Made by a program: the position numbers and the translations under genes. The notes beneath the pieces were generated by a model, which saw only the letters and a list, made by a program, of their open reading frames with translations, was not told where the DNA came from and did not search any database. From a virus (taxonomy: Duplodnaviria; Caudoviricetes), in the IMG/VR virus record IMGVR_UViG_3300050330_000092, positions 1-51,355 of that record: a stretch of DNA of 51,355 nt; one strand, given 5' to 3'. The stretch's first letter is position 1, and the number at the start of each line of letters is the position of its first letter. Of the stretch, positions 1 through 8,178 are shown piece by piece.

Positions 1-20
1 ATGGCTACACAGATGGCTAA
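1..20 (+). repeat. Putative integrase arm-type site pair ATGGCTAC-N4-ATGGCTAA (left copy)
   Basis: 16/20 identical to 51336-51355; tandem ATGGCTA with a 12-bp period. Confidence 0.6.
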
Positions 21-1209
21 CACTGAGACGGTGGCACGACGCGACTACGGCAGCGGTTCCGTCTACCAGCGCAAGGACGGCCGATGGGTGGCAACGGTCG
101 AGGCCGGGTGGACCGCGGACGGGAAGCGCAAGAGGACCGTTCTGACCGCGAAGACCGAGCCCCAGGTGAAGCGCAAACTCCGGGATCACCTCCTCGCCGT
201 CGAGCGCGGCGAGGTCGGCACCCACCCACGTGAGACCGTGAAGGGCTGGTCGGAGAAGTACCTCGAGATCCGCGTGCGCGAGCTCCGGCCGAAGTCCTAC
301 AACGCCGCCGCGTCCCCGATCCGCAAGTGGATCGTGCCGACGATCGGCCACAAGCGCCTCGCGGACCTGACGCCGGCCGACGTGCGCGCCGTCCACGCCG
401 CCTGTCGCGCCGCAGACCGCGACCCGGCCGACGTGCACCGCGCTCTCCACACGATGCTCAAAGCCGCGGCCGCAGACGGCCACGCCGTCTCTCACCTCGT
501 TCTCGCGGTCAAGGCGCCAGCGCCGACCAAGTCGGACCGGGCGGCCATGACGATCGACGAAGGTCTGGCCGTGCTCCACGAGGCGTCCCTGATGCCCAAC
601 GGATCCCGCTGGCTGTTCAACATCCTCTACGGCGCCCGGCTGGGCGAGTGCTCGGGCATGACATGGGACGCGGTCGACCTCGACGCCCAGGAGGCCGTGA
701 TCGAGTGGCAGCTCCAGCCCCTCCCGTACAAGAGGGCTCGAGACCGCTCGTCGGGGTTCCGTGTTCCCGACGGCCACGAGTCGATCCACCTGGTCGACTC
801 CTATCACCTGACTCGCCCGAAGTCGCGAGCTGGCTACCGCGTCGCGCCGCTCCTAGATGCCGTCGTGGAGTCTCTGGAACGGTGGCGTGAGGTGGGGCCG
901 ATCAGCCCTCATGGTCTCGTCTGGCCCGAACCGAACGGCCGGCCGCGCAACGACAAGCACGACCGCACCGAGTGGCAGGCGCTCCAGGAGCGGGCAGGGG
1001 TCGAGCACCCGAGCGGCCGGCCGTACCACATGCACGAGTGTCGGAACTTCGCCGCCACGATGCTGCTCGACGCCGGGGTCGCCGAGCACGTCGTCGCCGA
1101 CCTTCTCGGGCACACCGCCGTGGCGACGTCGTTGCGCTATCGGACTCGACGCCGTGAGCCACTGCGCGAGGCCATGCGGCAAGTCGGGGAACGGCTGCAG
1201 CTCGCCTGA
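1..1209 (+). CDS. int: Tyrosine integrase
   Basis: N-terminal arm-binding GSVYQRKDGRW; catalytic R (GARLGE), K, HxxR (HECR), LGH and Y (SLRY). Confidence 0.95.
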   Translation: MATQMANTETVARRDYGSGSVYQRKDGRWVATVEAGWTADGKRKRTVLTAKTEPQVKRKLRDHLLAVERGEVGTHPRETVKGWSEKYLEIRVRELRPKSYNAAASPIRKWIVPTIGHKRLADLTPADVRAVHAACRAADRDPADVHRALHTMLKAAAADGHAVSHLVLAVKAPAPTKSDRAAMTIDEGLAVLHEASLMPNGSRWLFNILYGARLGECSGMTWDAVDLDAQEAVIEWQLQPLPYKRARDRSSGFRVPDGHESIHLVDSYHLTRPKSRAGYRVAPLLDAVVESLERWREVGPISPHGLVWPEPNGRPRNDKHDRTEWQALQERAGVEHPSGRPYHMHECRNFAATMLLDAGVAEHVVADLLGHTAVATSLRYRTRRREPLREAMRQVGERLQLA

Positions 1210-1537
1210 GGTCCGATCGGCTGCCGAGCGCGTCCCGGTGAGGCACGCGCGCTGCGGTGTCATCCGCGACCTGCCGCAGGAGGGTCTCGTCGGCGCCGGC
1301 GTGGAGGAGGAGCCGGGCGACGTCGCGTCCCTGCCAGTGCTTCACCGTGTTCGCTCGCCACGCGCCGAGCGCGGCTCCGGCTGCCTGGGCGAGGAGTCGG
1401 GGGTCGCGGGTGATCTCGTGGACCACTGCGACGGCCTCGCCGCCGGGGAGCTCGGCGGCGAGGATCCGGCGTGCGGCGCCGTCGAGGCGCGCGAGGACGA
1501 TCCGCTCGTCCATGGTGGTGGGTCGTCGCCTGGGCAC
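902..1537 (-). CDS. Hypothetical protein; 3' third is antisense to the integrase
   Basis: The first ~105 aa look like a real helical protein (MDERIVLARLDGAARR...); GTG start sits 6 nt after a candidate -10 box. Confidence 0.55.
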   Translation of the reverse strand: MPRRRPTTMDERIVLARLDGAARRILAAELPGGEAVAVVHEITRDPRLLAQAAGAALGAWRANTVKHWQGRDVARLLLHAGADETLLRQVADDTAARVPHRDALGSRSDLRRAAAVPRLAAWPRAVAHGVESDSATTSPRRCAREGRRRRARRPRRRAASWRRSSDTRACGTAGRSGARPLPAPGAPATRCGRACRCAAGRSVRARRDHEG

Positions 1538-1543
1538 GGGTCC

Positions 1544-1565
1544 ACGGTCCCACGGGGCACCGACA
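1544..1565 (-). promoter_or_regulatory. PafBC/RecA-NDp-like promoter TGTCGG-N10-GACCGT
   Basis: Spacing matches the actinobacterial TGTCGG-N10-TANNNT motif (first -10 base is G); leaderless GTG 6 nt downstream. Confidence 0.55.
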
Positions 1566-1839
1566 GGTCAGGGTGGCGGCCGAACGCGAGGAGGTAGGCC
1601 AGGTCGAGGGCGGTCCACTGCTCGAGGTCCATGGAGACCAGCGTGCACGTCGCGGGGCCGGACGGCCTGGCGCTGTCCACAGGTCCGATCGGCGGGCCTT
1701 GTCCGTGGCCTGGTCTACCATCGGAGCTCAACCATCCATCACGGTTGGTCGGCGGTGGGCCTTCTGGGGTTCGCTTGCTGTTGTGGGATGTGGCCCGGGT
1801 CGTTCGCGCGGCCCGGGCCGTTCCGTGTCTGGGCACGAC

Positions 1840-1874
1840 AAAAGCCGCCCGCCCTCCGAGGAGGACGGGCGGCT
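1840..1874 (-). terminator. Intrinsic terminator
   Basis: GCCGCCCG..CGGGCGGC stem followed by TTTTGT on the minus strand. Confidence 0.75.
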
Positions 1875-2027
1875 GGGGCCTGTCTGGGTGGTGTGGTGCA
1901 GGCCGGGGTCTTCCGGTCGATCCCTGCCTACAGAGGTGTTCAGGATGGCCGTTTCTCGGTTCGACCGGGTACGCGGATCGAGTTGACCTAGGCTGCCGCT
2001 CAACCGCTACCAACGAGAGGTCCTGCG

Positions 2028-2429
2028 ATGGCGCGCGCCCAGTCCGCGTTCTTGTGTCATTCGGTCCTGTTCACTGAGGTTGGGACGTTCTCTGCTCTCG
2101 GCATCGGACTCACCTGGTTCCAGGTGCCCAGCCTTCCCAATGTCATCAGCTTCACGGCTGTAGCAGTGGTGAAGTGGGACGAGGACGAGTGCGGTCAGGA
2201 ACACGCCTGCGTCTTCAGGGTGAGCGTCGACGACGAGACGATCGCCCGCACCACTCTGACTGCGCCAGCGCCGCCCTGGCGCCCGCACGCGGGCTCGGGA
2301 ACAGATTTTGCCCAGGGACTCGCGTTCGATGTGCGAAGGCCTGGCAACTACACCGTCTCGGTGGTGGTCGACGGACTTGAGCTCGAGCGGCTGCCGTTCG
2401 AGATCTCGTCTCAGCTTCCCGCGTTCTGA
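2028..2429 (+). CDS. DUF6941-like beta-rich protein, first gene of a moron operon
   Basis: AFLC..GTFSALG N-terminus and PGxYxVxVxVDG..LPF C-terminus; RBS GAGAGG; TGATG coupling to the next gene. Confidence 0.65.
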   Translation: MARAQSAFLCHSVLFTEVGTFSALGIGLTWFQVPSLPNVISFTAVAVVKWDEDECGQEHACVFRVSVDDETIARTTLTAPAPPWRPHAGSGTDFAQGLAFDVRRPGNYTVSVVVDGLELERLPFEISSQLPAF

Positions 2430-2647
2430 TGCTCAACTTCGCCGACCACGCGCTCGACCGTGTGCGCGAGCGAGGTATCACGCCCGGCCAGGTCGAGTAC
2501 GCCTGGTCACATCCGACTGGACCGACCTTGGCCGGGGCGCGGCCGGACACTCAGAAGTTCACTGGTCGTACCAGCGCAGGCACTGATCTCGTCATCGTGG
2601 TCGCTCGCGACGATCGGCGACGTATCATCAGCGTGTGGGTCAGATGA
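2429..2647 (+). CDS. DUF4258-like putative RNase toxin
   Basis: FADHALDRVRERGIT start and LVIVV...IISVW end typical of DUF4258. Confidence 0.8.
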   Translation: MLNFADHALDRVRERGITPGQVEYAWSHPTGPTLAGARPDTQKFTGRTSAGTDLVIVVARDDRRRIISVWVR

Positions 2648-2657
2648 GGAGGCCACG

Positions 2658-2993
2658 ATGAGGTCAGAGCACGACGTCACAGCCGACGCGATCTACGTGC
2701 ACGTCATCGAGGCTCCGATCGACCACACCGAGGAGCTGGAGGATGGCACGATCGTCGATGTCAGTGCCGACGGTGAACTCGTGGGAGTCGAGATCCTTTC
2801 CGCCAGCAAGGGGTGGTCTCCGGATCTGGTGGCTTCGAAGTTCCACCTGTCCGGCTTCGACCGTGACGCCCTCCGCGCAATCGCTGCTCCACCTCGCGTC
2901 GGCATGTCCGGAATCCTTGGCGTCGAATCCCGAGGCAGCCGTCCGACAGACGCGATCGCAGGCCTACACACTTTGGCAGCAGCTGGCTGCTGA
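2658..2993 (+). CDS. DUF2283-like putative antitoxin with C-terminal extension
   Basis: DxxADAIYV...VDVSADGELVGVEILSAS motif; RBS GAGGAGG. Confidence 0.85.
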   Translation: MRSEHDVTADAIYVHVIEAPIDHTEELEDGTIVDVSADGELVGVEILSASKGWSPDLVASKFHLSGFDRDALRAIAAPPRVGMSGILGVESRGSRPTDAIAGLHTLAAAGC

Positions 2994-3031
2994 CAGTAGG
3001 CCGGCAAGGCGCGATAGGCGGTAGCAGTCGG

Positions 3032-3229
3032 TTACTGCCCTGCCGCCAGGATCGCGGTCGCACGCTCGGGCACCAGGCCATCGGAGTCGATCCGCGCCAC
3101 GCGCAGCGCACCGCTCTCGTCCACGTACTGCACGAATGCGACGAACGCGACCGGGGTGACTCCGGGGCGCCCGCCGTTCGCGATCACTCCCACGGGAGGC
3201 TGATCGGGGTTGGTCTCGTGCTCGTTCAT
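3032..3229 (-). CDS. Hypothetical protein
   Basis: RBS GGAGG directly after the tail fibre stop. Confidence 0.6.
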   Translation of the reverse strand: MNEHETNPDQPPVGVIANGGRPGVTPVAFVAFVQYVDESGALRVARIDSDGLVPERATAILAAGQ

Positions 3230-3240
3230 GGTGGGCCTCC

Positions 3241-5139
3241 TCAGCCGGTGATCTTGACGAGATGGACTCGGGACACGAAGTAGACGGCGTGGCTGGCCTT
3301 GCCGGTGCCGCTGATCGCCAGCGCGCCGTTGGTGGTGTCGGCGGATGCGACGAGGTCGAACCCGGCGGTGTTGGCGGCGTCGGCGGTCTTGGTGTTGGAG
3401 AACATCGTGGTGGTGGCGGCGCCGGTCTTGCGGTAGATCGCGCCCTCGGTGACCCAGCGGCCGACGACGGTGTTCGGCACGGTGCCGGAGGAGCCGCGGG
3501 CGTAGCAGAGGGTGACGAGTCGGAAGTCGTAGGCGGTGTTGTCGGCGAGTGTGATGCGCTGGGCCGACTGGTCGAGGAACAGCTCGCCAGTGTTGGCGCC
3601 GCTGACTGGTGCACGGGCCACGAGGGTGGAGACCTGGGCGTCTCCGCCGACTGAGAACGATCCGGCGGCGAAGGCGTCCTCGCCGTAGTGGTCGGCGACG
3701 GCGTTGGCGCCGCCGGCCCGTGAGTAGGATCCGGACGCGGTGTTGGCGGAGCCGTGCGTGATGCCCGATGCGGTGCCCGATGCGGTGCCGCCGGTGCCGC
3801 CGGCGATGGTCGCGTTGGTGCCGTTGGCGGTGTTCGTGACTCCGCCTCCGATGGTCGAGCCGGTCGCCGAAGCGACGTTGCCCGAGCCGCCGCCGACGGT
3901 GGCGTTGGCCGCGTTGCTCGCCCCGGCGATGTTCCCGGCGCCTCCAGCGACGGTGCAGGCGGTCCCGCGGGATTTGTTGTTGAACCCGCCGCCGACAGTG
4001 GACTGGAGACCGAAGGCGTCGTTCGCCTGGCCGCCCCCGACTGTGGCATCGGTGCTGAGCCCGTCGGAGAAGTAGACGGCGGCGCCGATCGAGTGCGCCT
4101 TGGCGAAGGCGTCCGAGCCAGACAGGGTGACGGTCGATCCGGCGACGGTGACGTTGAGGAAGATCTCACGCTTGACGCCGTAGTCGACCATCAGCGTCAT
4201 GCCGGTGGCGATGGCCTTGCCGGTGACGGTACCGACGGTCAGGGAGGTCGCACCGACCGTGATCGCGGTCGTGGCCACCGTGCTCTTGGAGCAGGCGCCC
4301 GCGTTGTTGGACCGGCCGCCAGCGACGACGCCGTAGGCGTTGGCGACCGAGTTCTGGAAGCCGCCTCCGACGCGTCCGTAGTCGCCGTGGATCACGTGGT
4401 AGGAGCCGCCGCCGATGGACCCGTGTCCGCCGGGCGCGTCGATCATGTGGTGCGCGCCGAGGAAGACCGACAGGATCGCCGGGGAGGCTGCGCCGGGCTG
4501 CTTGCGGTTCTGGCTGTCGTAGCCACCGCCGAAGAAGGGGAGCGAGGACCCGTCTGCCGCGGTGTGCGGGAACGCGGTGGTGCCGCCGAGGATGATCGCC
4601 ACGTCGGCGTTCGGGGCGCTGGCGGAGGGCGAGGTGATGAGGTCGCGGCCCCCAGCTGACACCGCATCGGAGACGCCGACCGTGCCCTCAATCGAGGCCT
4701 TGAGAGCCGTGTCGGTGGCGCTGCCCGGGGTGTCGATCTGGTTCGCGATCTGGGTGTCCGCGAGCGCCCCCACAGCCTCCGCGGCCTCCTTCGCCGCGAC
4801 CGCATCCGCCCGGGCCGTCTCGGCCGCAGCCGCCGACTCCCCAGCCAGCACCGCGATGTCCGCACCGGCGTCCAGCATGACCCGCCCGCCCCCGGCACCG
4901 GCCTGCGCCCACATCGCGAGGACGCCGTCGGGTCCCTGGAACGTAGGGACCTGCCCGTCATCCCCGACCGGGATGCTCGTGACCGGCACACTCGCGAGCA
5001 GCAGGTCCGTCAACTGGGTGCCGCCGGTCTCGGCGTCCCACATCGTGAGGGTCGCGGCCGCGAACCGGAGGGGGTCGCCGGGGGCGGACGCGGACACGAC
5101 GAAGTCGGCGACACCTCCACCGAACGAGGCACGGGTCAT
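3241..5139 (-). CDS. Tail fibre / receptor-binding protein
   Basis: Actinophage tail-anchor N-terminus (GQVPTFQGPDG); ~14-aa GGGxxNxAxG beta-roll repeats; RBS AGGAGA. Confidence 0.75.
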   Translation of the reverse strand: MTRASFGGGVADFVVSASAPGDPLRFAAATLTMWDAETGGTQLTDLLLASVPVTSIPVGDDGQVPTFQGPDGVLAMWAQAGAGGGRVMLDAGADIAVLAGESAAAAETARADAVAAKEAAEAVGALADTQIANQIDTPGSATDTALKASIEGTVGVSDAVSAGGRDLITSPSASAPNADVAIILGGTTAFPHTAADGSSLPFFGGGYDSQNRKQPGAASPAILSVFLGAHHMIDAPGGHGSIGGGSYHVIHGDYGRVGGGFQNSVANAYGVVAGGRSNNAGACSKSTVATTAITVGATSLTVGTVTGKAIATGMTLMVDYGVKREIFLNVTVAGSTVTLSGSDAFAKAHSIGAAVYFSDGLSTDATVGGGQANDAFGLQSTVGGGFNNKSRGTACTVAGGAGNIAGASNAANATVGGGSGNVASATGSTIGGGVTNTANGTNATIAGGTGGTASGTASGITHGSANTASGSYSRAGGANAVADHYGEDAFAAGSFSVGGDAQVSTLVARAPVSGANTGELFLDQSAQRITLADNTAYDFRLVTLCYARGSSGTVPNTVVGRWVTEGAIYRKTGAATTTMFSNTKTADAANTAGFDLVASADTTNGALAISGTGKASHAVYFVSRVHLVKITG

Positions 5140-5164
5140 CGGGGTCTCCTCAACGTGTCGGGGT

Positions 5165-5401
5165 TCAGGCGGGCGTGGGGCTGTCGGTGGGTGGGAGTTC
5201 GCGGAGGTGGTGCGCGAGCCACGCGGACCCTGCACCCACGAGCACGGTCGTGGCGGCAGCGCCGGTGCGGGTGTGGCAGCGCAGCGCCCACCGCAGCTGC
5301 GGGGAGAGGGTCCAGTGGGTGCGGCCGGTGGCGACGGCCCAGAGCTCGACGCCGACGGGGGCGCCGACGAGGGCGGCCCAGGTGATGCGTTGGGCGCGCA
5401 T
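5165..5401 (-). CDS. Small membrane protein
   Basis: Two hydrophobic segments and WLAHH end; coupled to the upstream ORF. Confidence 0.6.
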   Translation of the reverse strand: MRAQRITWAALVGAPVGVELWAVATGRTHWTLSPQLRWALRCHTRTGAAATTVLVGAGSAWLAHHLRELPPTDSPTPA

Positions 5402-5517
5402 CAGCGGGCCCGGGTGACGTCGCGCCGCCACCACAGCCAGACGATGGTGGCGGCGACGAGTTGTGCGGTGGGGATGGCGAGGCCTGCCCCGAGAAGTAGG
5501 CCGAGGGCCCGGCCCAC
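5401..5517 (-). CDS. 38-aa single-pass membrane peptide (MGRALGLLLGAGLAIPTAQLVAATIVWLWWRRDVTRAR)
   Basis: Translated by hand; fills the gap between holin and the next gene with a TGATG overlap. Confidence 0.55.
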   Translation of the reverse strand: MGRALGLLLGAGLAIPTAQLVAATIVWLWWRRDVTRAR

Positions 5518-5526
5518 GACAGGCCC

Positions 5527-5946
5527 CTACTTGCCGGCCTGGCGCTGGCGCTGGCGGACCGCGGTGGCCATCAACGCGGGGAGCTGGTCGATCGAGGCCT
5601 GGATCGCCTCCAGCTGCGGCTTGAGCGCCGCGGCACCCTCGTCGGCGCCGGCGCGGGCATGCTCGGCAAGATGCCGAGCCGCGGCCTCGCGCTGGGCGAA
5701 TGCCTGCTCGTAGTCCGCGAGCTGCGCCGACGTCAGGCCGTCAGTCTGGACGTTCGCGGCCGCGACGAGACCGAGCGCGGTACCGAGGTAGCCGAAGACG
5801 CCGAAGGCGATCAGCAGCCACATGGGCTGGTCGGCCTGGGCGGTGGCGTAGCCCACCTGGGTGGCGCCGAAGGCGATGCCCAGGGTGGCGTAGAAGACGT
5901 AGATGGCTCGACGGGCCTTGGCGGGCAGTGCGGTGAGCGGGTTCAT
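5527..5946 (-). CDS. Holin
   Basis: Two TM helices, ARRAIY and LVAAANV motifs typical of actinophage holins; lysis cassette. Confidence 0.75.
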   Translation of the reverse strand: MNPLTALPAKARRAIYVFYATLGIAFGATQVGYATAQADQPMWLLIAFGVFGYLGTALGLVAAANVQTDGLTSAQLADYEQAFAQREAAARHLAEHARAGADEGAAALKPQLEAIQASIDQLPALMATAVRQRQRQAGK

Positions 5947-6713
5947 CGGTGCTCCTTGGCGGTGGTGGTGGTGAGGCGGCGCTGGACGGCCGCCTGGTCG
6001 ATGTCACGGGTCCCGTGGGTGGCCAGCCGGCCGAGCTGCTCGGCGTTCGTGGTGAGGCCGTGGGCCAGGAGCCACCGCATGAGGGGCTGCCCGGTCGCGG
6101 AGTTCCAGTCCCCGACGAGGAAGTACGGCACCCGCAGCGGCGCCACGACCCGGATCAGGAGCCCGGCGAGCCGCAGCGCGGCGACGAGACGGGGCCGGTT
6201 CTGCTGGGATGCGTACTGGTGCACCGACGTCCCACCGAAGCGTGCGTCAACGAGCTGGAACCGGGTGCGGTGCATCCCCTTCGCCTTCGCCACCCGGGGC
6301 CCGGCGCCGGCGCCGACCTTGAGGCGCCCGAGGAGCTGGCGCCACCGGGCGGTGAGGACGTCGACGCCGGAGGCGAGCATCGGGGTGGAGGCCTCACCGG
6401 GCGCCCGGCCGCCGACGTAGGTCAGGTCGTGCTCGTCGGCGAACTCGGGGAGCCACGGCTGGTCGCCGCCCTCCTGGAGGAACACCACGAACCCGAACCC
6501 GGTCGCGTCGGCGAGGTCGAGGAGGAGCCGCATGTCGGCGGGCCCGAACTGGCCGCCCATGTTCGCGGAGACGAGCAGCAGGTCACGCCACGGGCACCAG
6601 CGGCCGTGGCGGCGGCCGCGGACCTGGACGTGCACGAACAGGGCGTCGTGGTCCGAACGGGTGTTGATGGTCCAGTGGCGGAGGAACCGGACCCGGCCGC
6701 GCGGCCGGCGCAC
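5943..6713 (-). CDS. Endonuclease/exonuclease/phosphatase (EEP) family protein, circularly permuted
   Basis: Motifs SDH (N-terminal), SAN, LQE, SVH, GDWN, DID; GTG start right after the endolysin stop. Confidence 0.8.
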   Translation of the reverse strand: MRRPRGRVRFLRHWTINTRSDHDALFVHVQVRGRRHGRWCPWRDLLLVSANMGGQFGPADMRLLLDLADATGFGFVVFLQEGGDQPWLPEFADEHDLTYVGGRAPGEASTPMLASGVDVLTARWRQLLGRLKVGAGAGPRVAKAKGMHRTRFQLVDARFGGTSVHQYASQQNRPRLVAALRLAGLLIRVVAPLRVPYFLVGDWNSATGQPLMRWLLAHGLTTNAEQLGRLATHGTRDIDQAAVQRRLTTTTAKEHR

Positions 6714-6715
6714 GG

Positions 6716-7492
6716 TCAGGCCTCGTCGGCGGGGAGGGTCTTGTCGAGCTCGCGGATCGCGTCCTGCAGCTGCTCGAGCTCGGACTCGGTCGCGTCGTGG
6801 CCGCGCTTCACCACGTTGACGACCTTCCGCATCAGGCGGACGTCGCGGGCCTGGGCGCGCTCGGCGAGCCGGACGGCCTTCTCCGCGGCCGCGCGGGCGG
6901 CGGCGGTGTCCTGCTGGATCTGGTCGAGCTGGTCGGCGTACTGGGACATGTCGTCCTCCTGGGCGAGGTTGAGGATGTCGGGGAGCTGGGCGATACGGTT
7001 CCGGCCGGGGCAGACCTTCCCGGGACTGGTGGTCCACACCTCCCCGCCGGAGACACGGCCTGGGTAGCCGTCGGTGAACGCCCCGTCGATGCCCTGCCGG
7101 TGGTACGCGAGGCCACGGGACGTCGGCCGGGAGTCCGGGCAGAGTTGCAGCGGGACGCCGTGGGTCTCGTGTGCCCACCGCAGGATCGCGGCGTTCGCGG
7201 CGACTTGGGCGTCGGTGAGCGCGGGGACGTTGGATCCGGTCCAGGCGGGGAACGGGTCGCCGTGGTCCTCGTTCTCGATCGCGATGACGCGGTGGTTGCC
7301 GTCGAGGTTCGCGCCGGACCGGTAGGCGGTGTCTCGGGACTGGAAGATGTGGCCGTCGCGGCGGACGGAGAAGTGCGCGGCGTGAGCGGGCGCGTAGCCG
7401 ACGATGGTGTGCACGCAGACGATGTCGTAGCGCTCCATCGGGATCCGGGGCGACTGCTCGCCGACCCACTCGGCGCCGGGCATCCTGGCCAT
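6716..7492 (-). CDS. Endolysin, N-acetylmuramoyl-L-alanine amidase
   Basis: VHT, AHF, IAIENE, YHR, KVCPG Zn-amidase motifs; C-terminal coiled coil. Confidence 0.9.
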   Translation of the reverse strand: MARMPGAEWVGEQSPRIPMERYDIVCVHTIVGYAPAHAAHFSVRRDGHIFQSRDTAYRSGANLDGNHRVIAIENEDHGDPFPAWTGSNVPALTDAQVAANAAILRWAHETHGVPLQLCPDSRPTSRGLAYHRQGIDGAFTDGYPGRVSGGEVWTTSPGKVCPGRNRIAQLPDILNLAQEDDMSQYADQLDQIQQDTAAARAAAEKAVRLAERAQARDVRLMRKVVNVVKRGHDATESELEQLQDAIRELDKTLPADEA

Positions 7493-7998
7493 CAGGCGTC
7501 CTTCCCGGCCCAGCCGCCCGGTAGCGGCACCATCGGGACGTGCTGGCCGGCGAGGTGGTGCGCGGAGTCGGACAGGAACTCCCAGACACCCGCGCGGAGG
7601 AACGAGTGGCAGGGGCCGAACGCGGGCTCACGGGTGCAGGGCTGGCTGTGACCGCGGACCGCCTTGTACTCCTCGGGCATCCCGCCAGGGAAGCGCCACC
7701 GCACCTGGCCGTCGACGACCGCCCCGAGTGCATGGTTCGGAAGCTCGCAGGTCTCGTAGTCCTCGCAGACGATCGGGTCATGCTCGCCCTCGCACAGGTG
7801 CACGGACGAGTAGACGAGCAGGGACGGGGAGAACGTCGGCCGCTCGAGGTTGCCGTCCCACTCCCAGAACACGCCCCGTTCGTCACCAGGGGCGAGCCGG
7901 AACGGGTGGAGGCGATCACAGCCCGGGCACCAAGTCCACACCGACCGGACCTCGCCGTGCGGGTACGACGTGGTGACCAGGCGGGCCACAGCGGTCAC
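7492..7998 (-). CDS. DUF6527-like protein
   Basis: WCPGC..H, WEWDGNLERPTFSPSLL, CHSFLRAG.WEFLSDSAH. Confidence 0.75.
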   Translation of the reverse strand: MTAVARLVTTSYPHGEVRSVWTWCPGCDRLHPFRLAPGDERGVFWEWDGNLERPTFSPSLLVYSSVHLCEGEHDPIVCEDYETCELPNHALGAVVDGQVRWRFPGGMPEEYKAVRGHSQPCTREPAFGPCHSFLRAGVWEFLSDSAHHLAGQHVPMVPLPGGWAGKDA

Positions 7999-8007
7999 GA
8001 GAGCCTC

Positions 8008-8178
8008 CTAGGTGATCTGGTGGTAGCGGTGCCGCCACAGGCAGACGGTCACGACGTGCACGGCCGAGCCTCCGGCGCCGTCGAGCTCGTACACGTCGAC
8101 GACTTCAGCGACGTCGCCGCAGGTGGTGTCGGGGCAGACTGTGAGGTCCCCGACCTGCAGTGCTGCCGGGGCGGTCAC
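8008..8178 (-). CDS. Small Zn-ribbon-like protein
   Basis: CPxxxCG...CxxxH; GTGA overlap with the upstream ORF. Confidence 0.5.
   Translation of the reverse strand: MTAPAALQVGDLTVCPDTTCGDVAEVVDVYELDGAGGSAVHVVTVCLWRHRYHQIT

Noticed and set aside
1342-1633. Possible minus-strand ORF starting MDLEQWTALDLAYLLAFGR
   Set aside because: Only the first ~20 codons look protein-like; the rest overlaps the better-supported promoter and ORF at 902-1565
3700-4420. Tail-fibre repeats as a diversity-generating retroelement or invertible cassette
   Set aside because: No reverse transcriptase or invertase in the window, and no TR/VR pair differing at adenines; the repeats are protein-level
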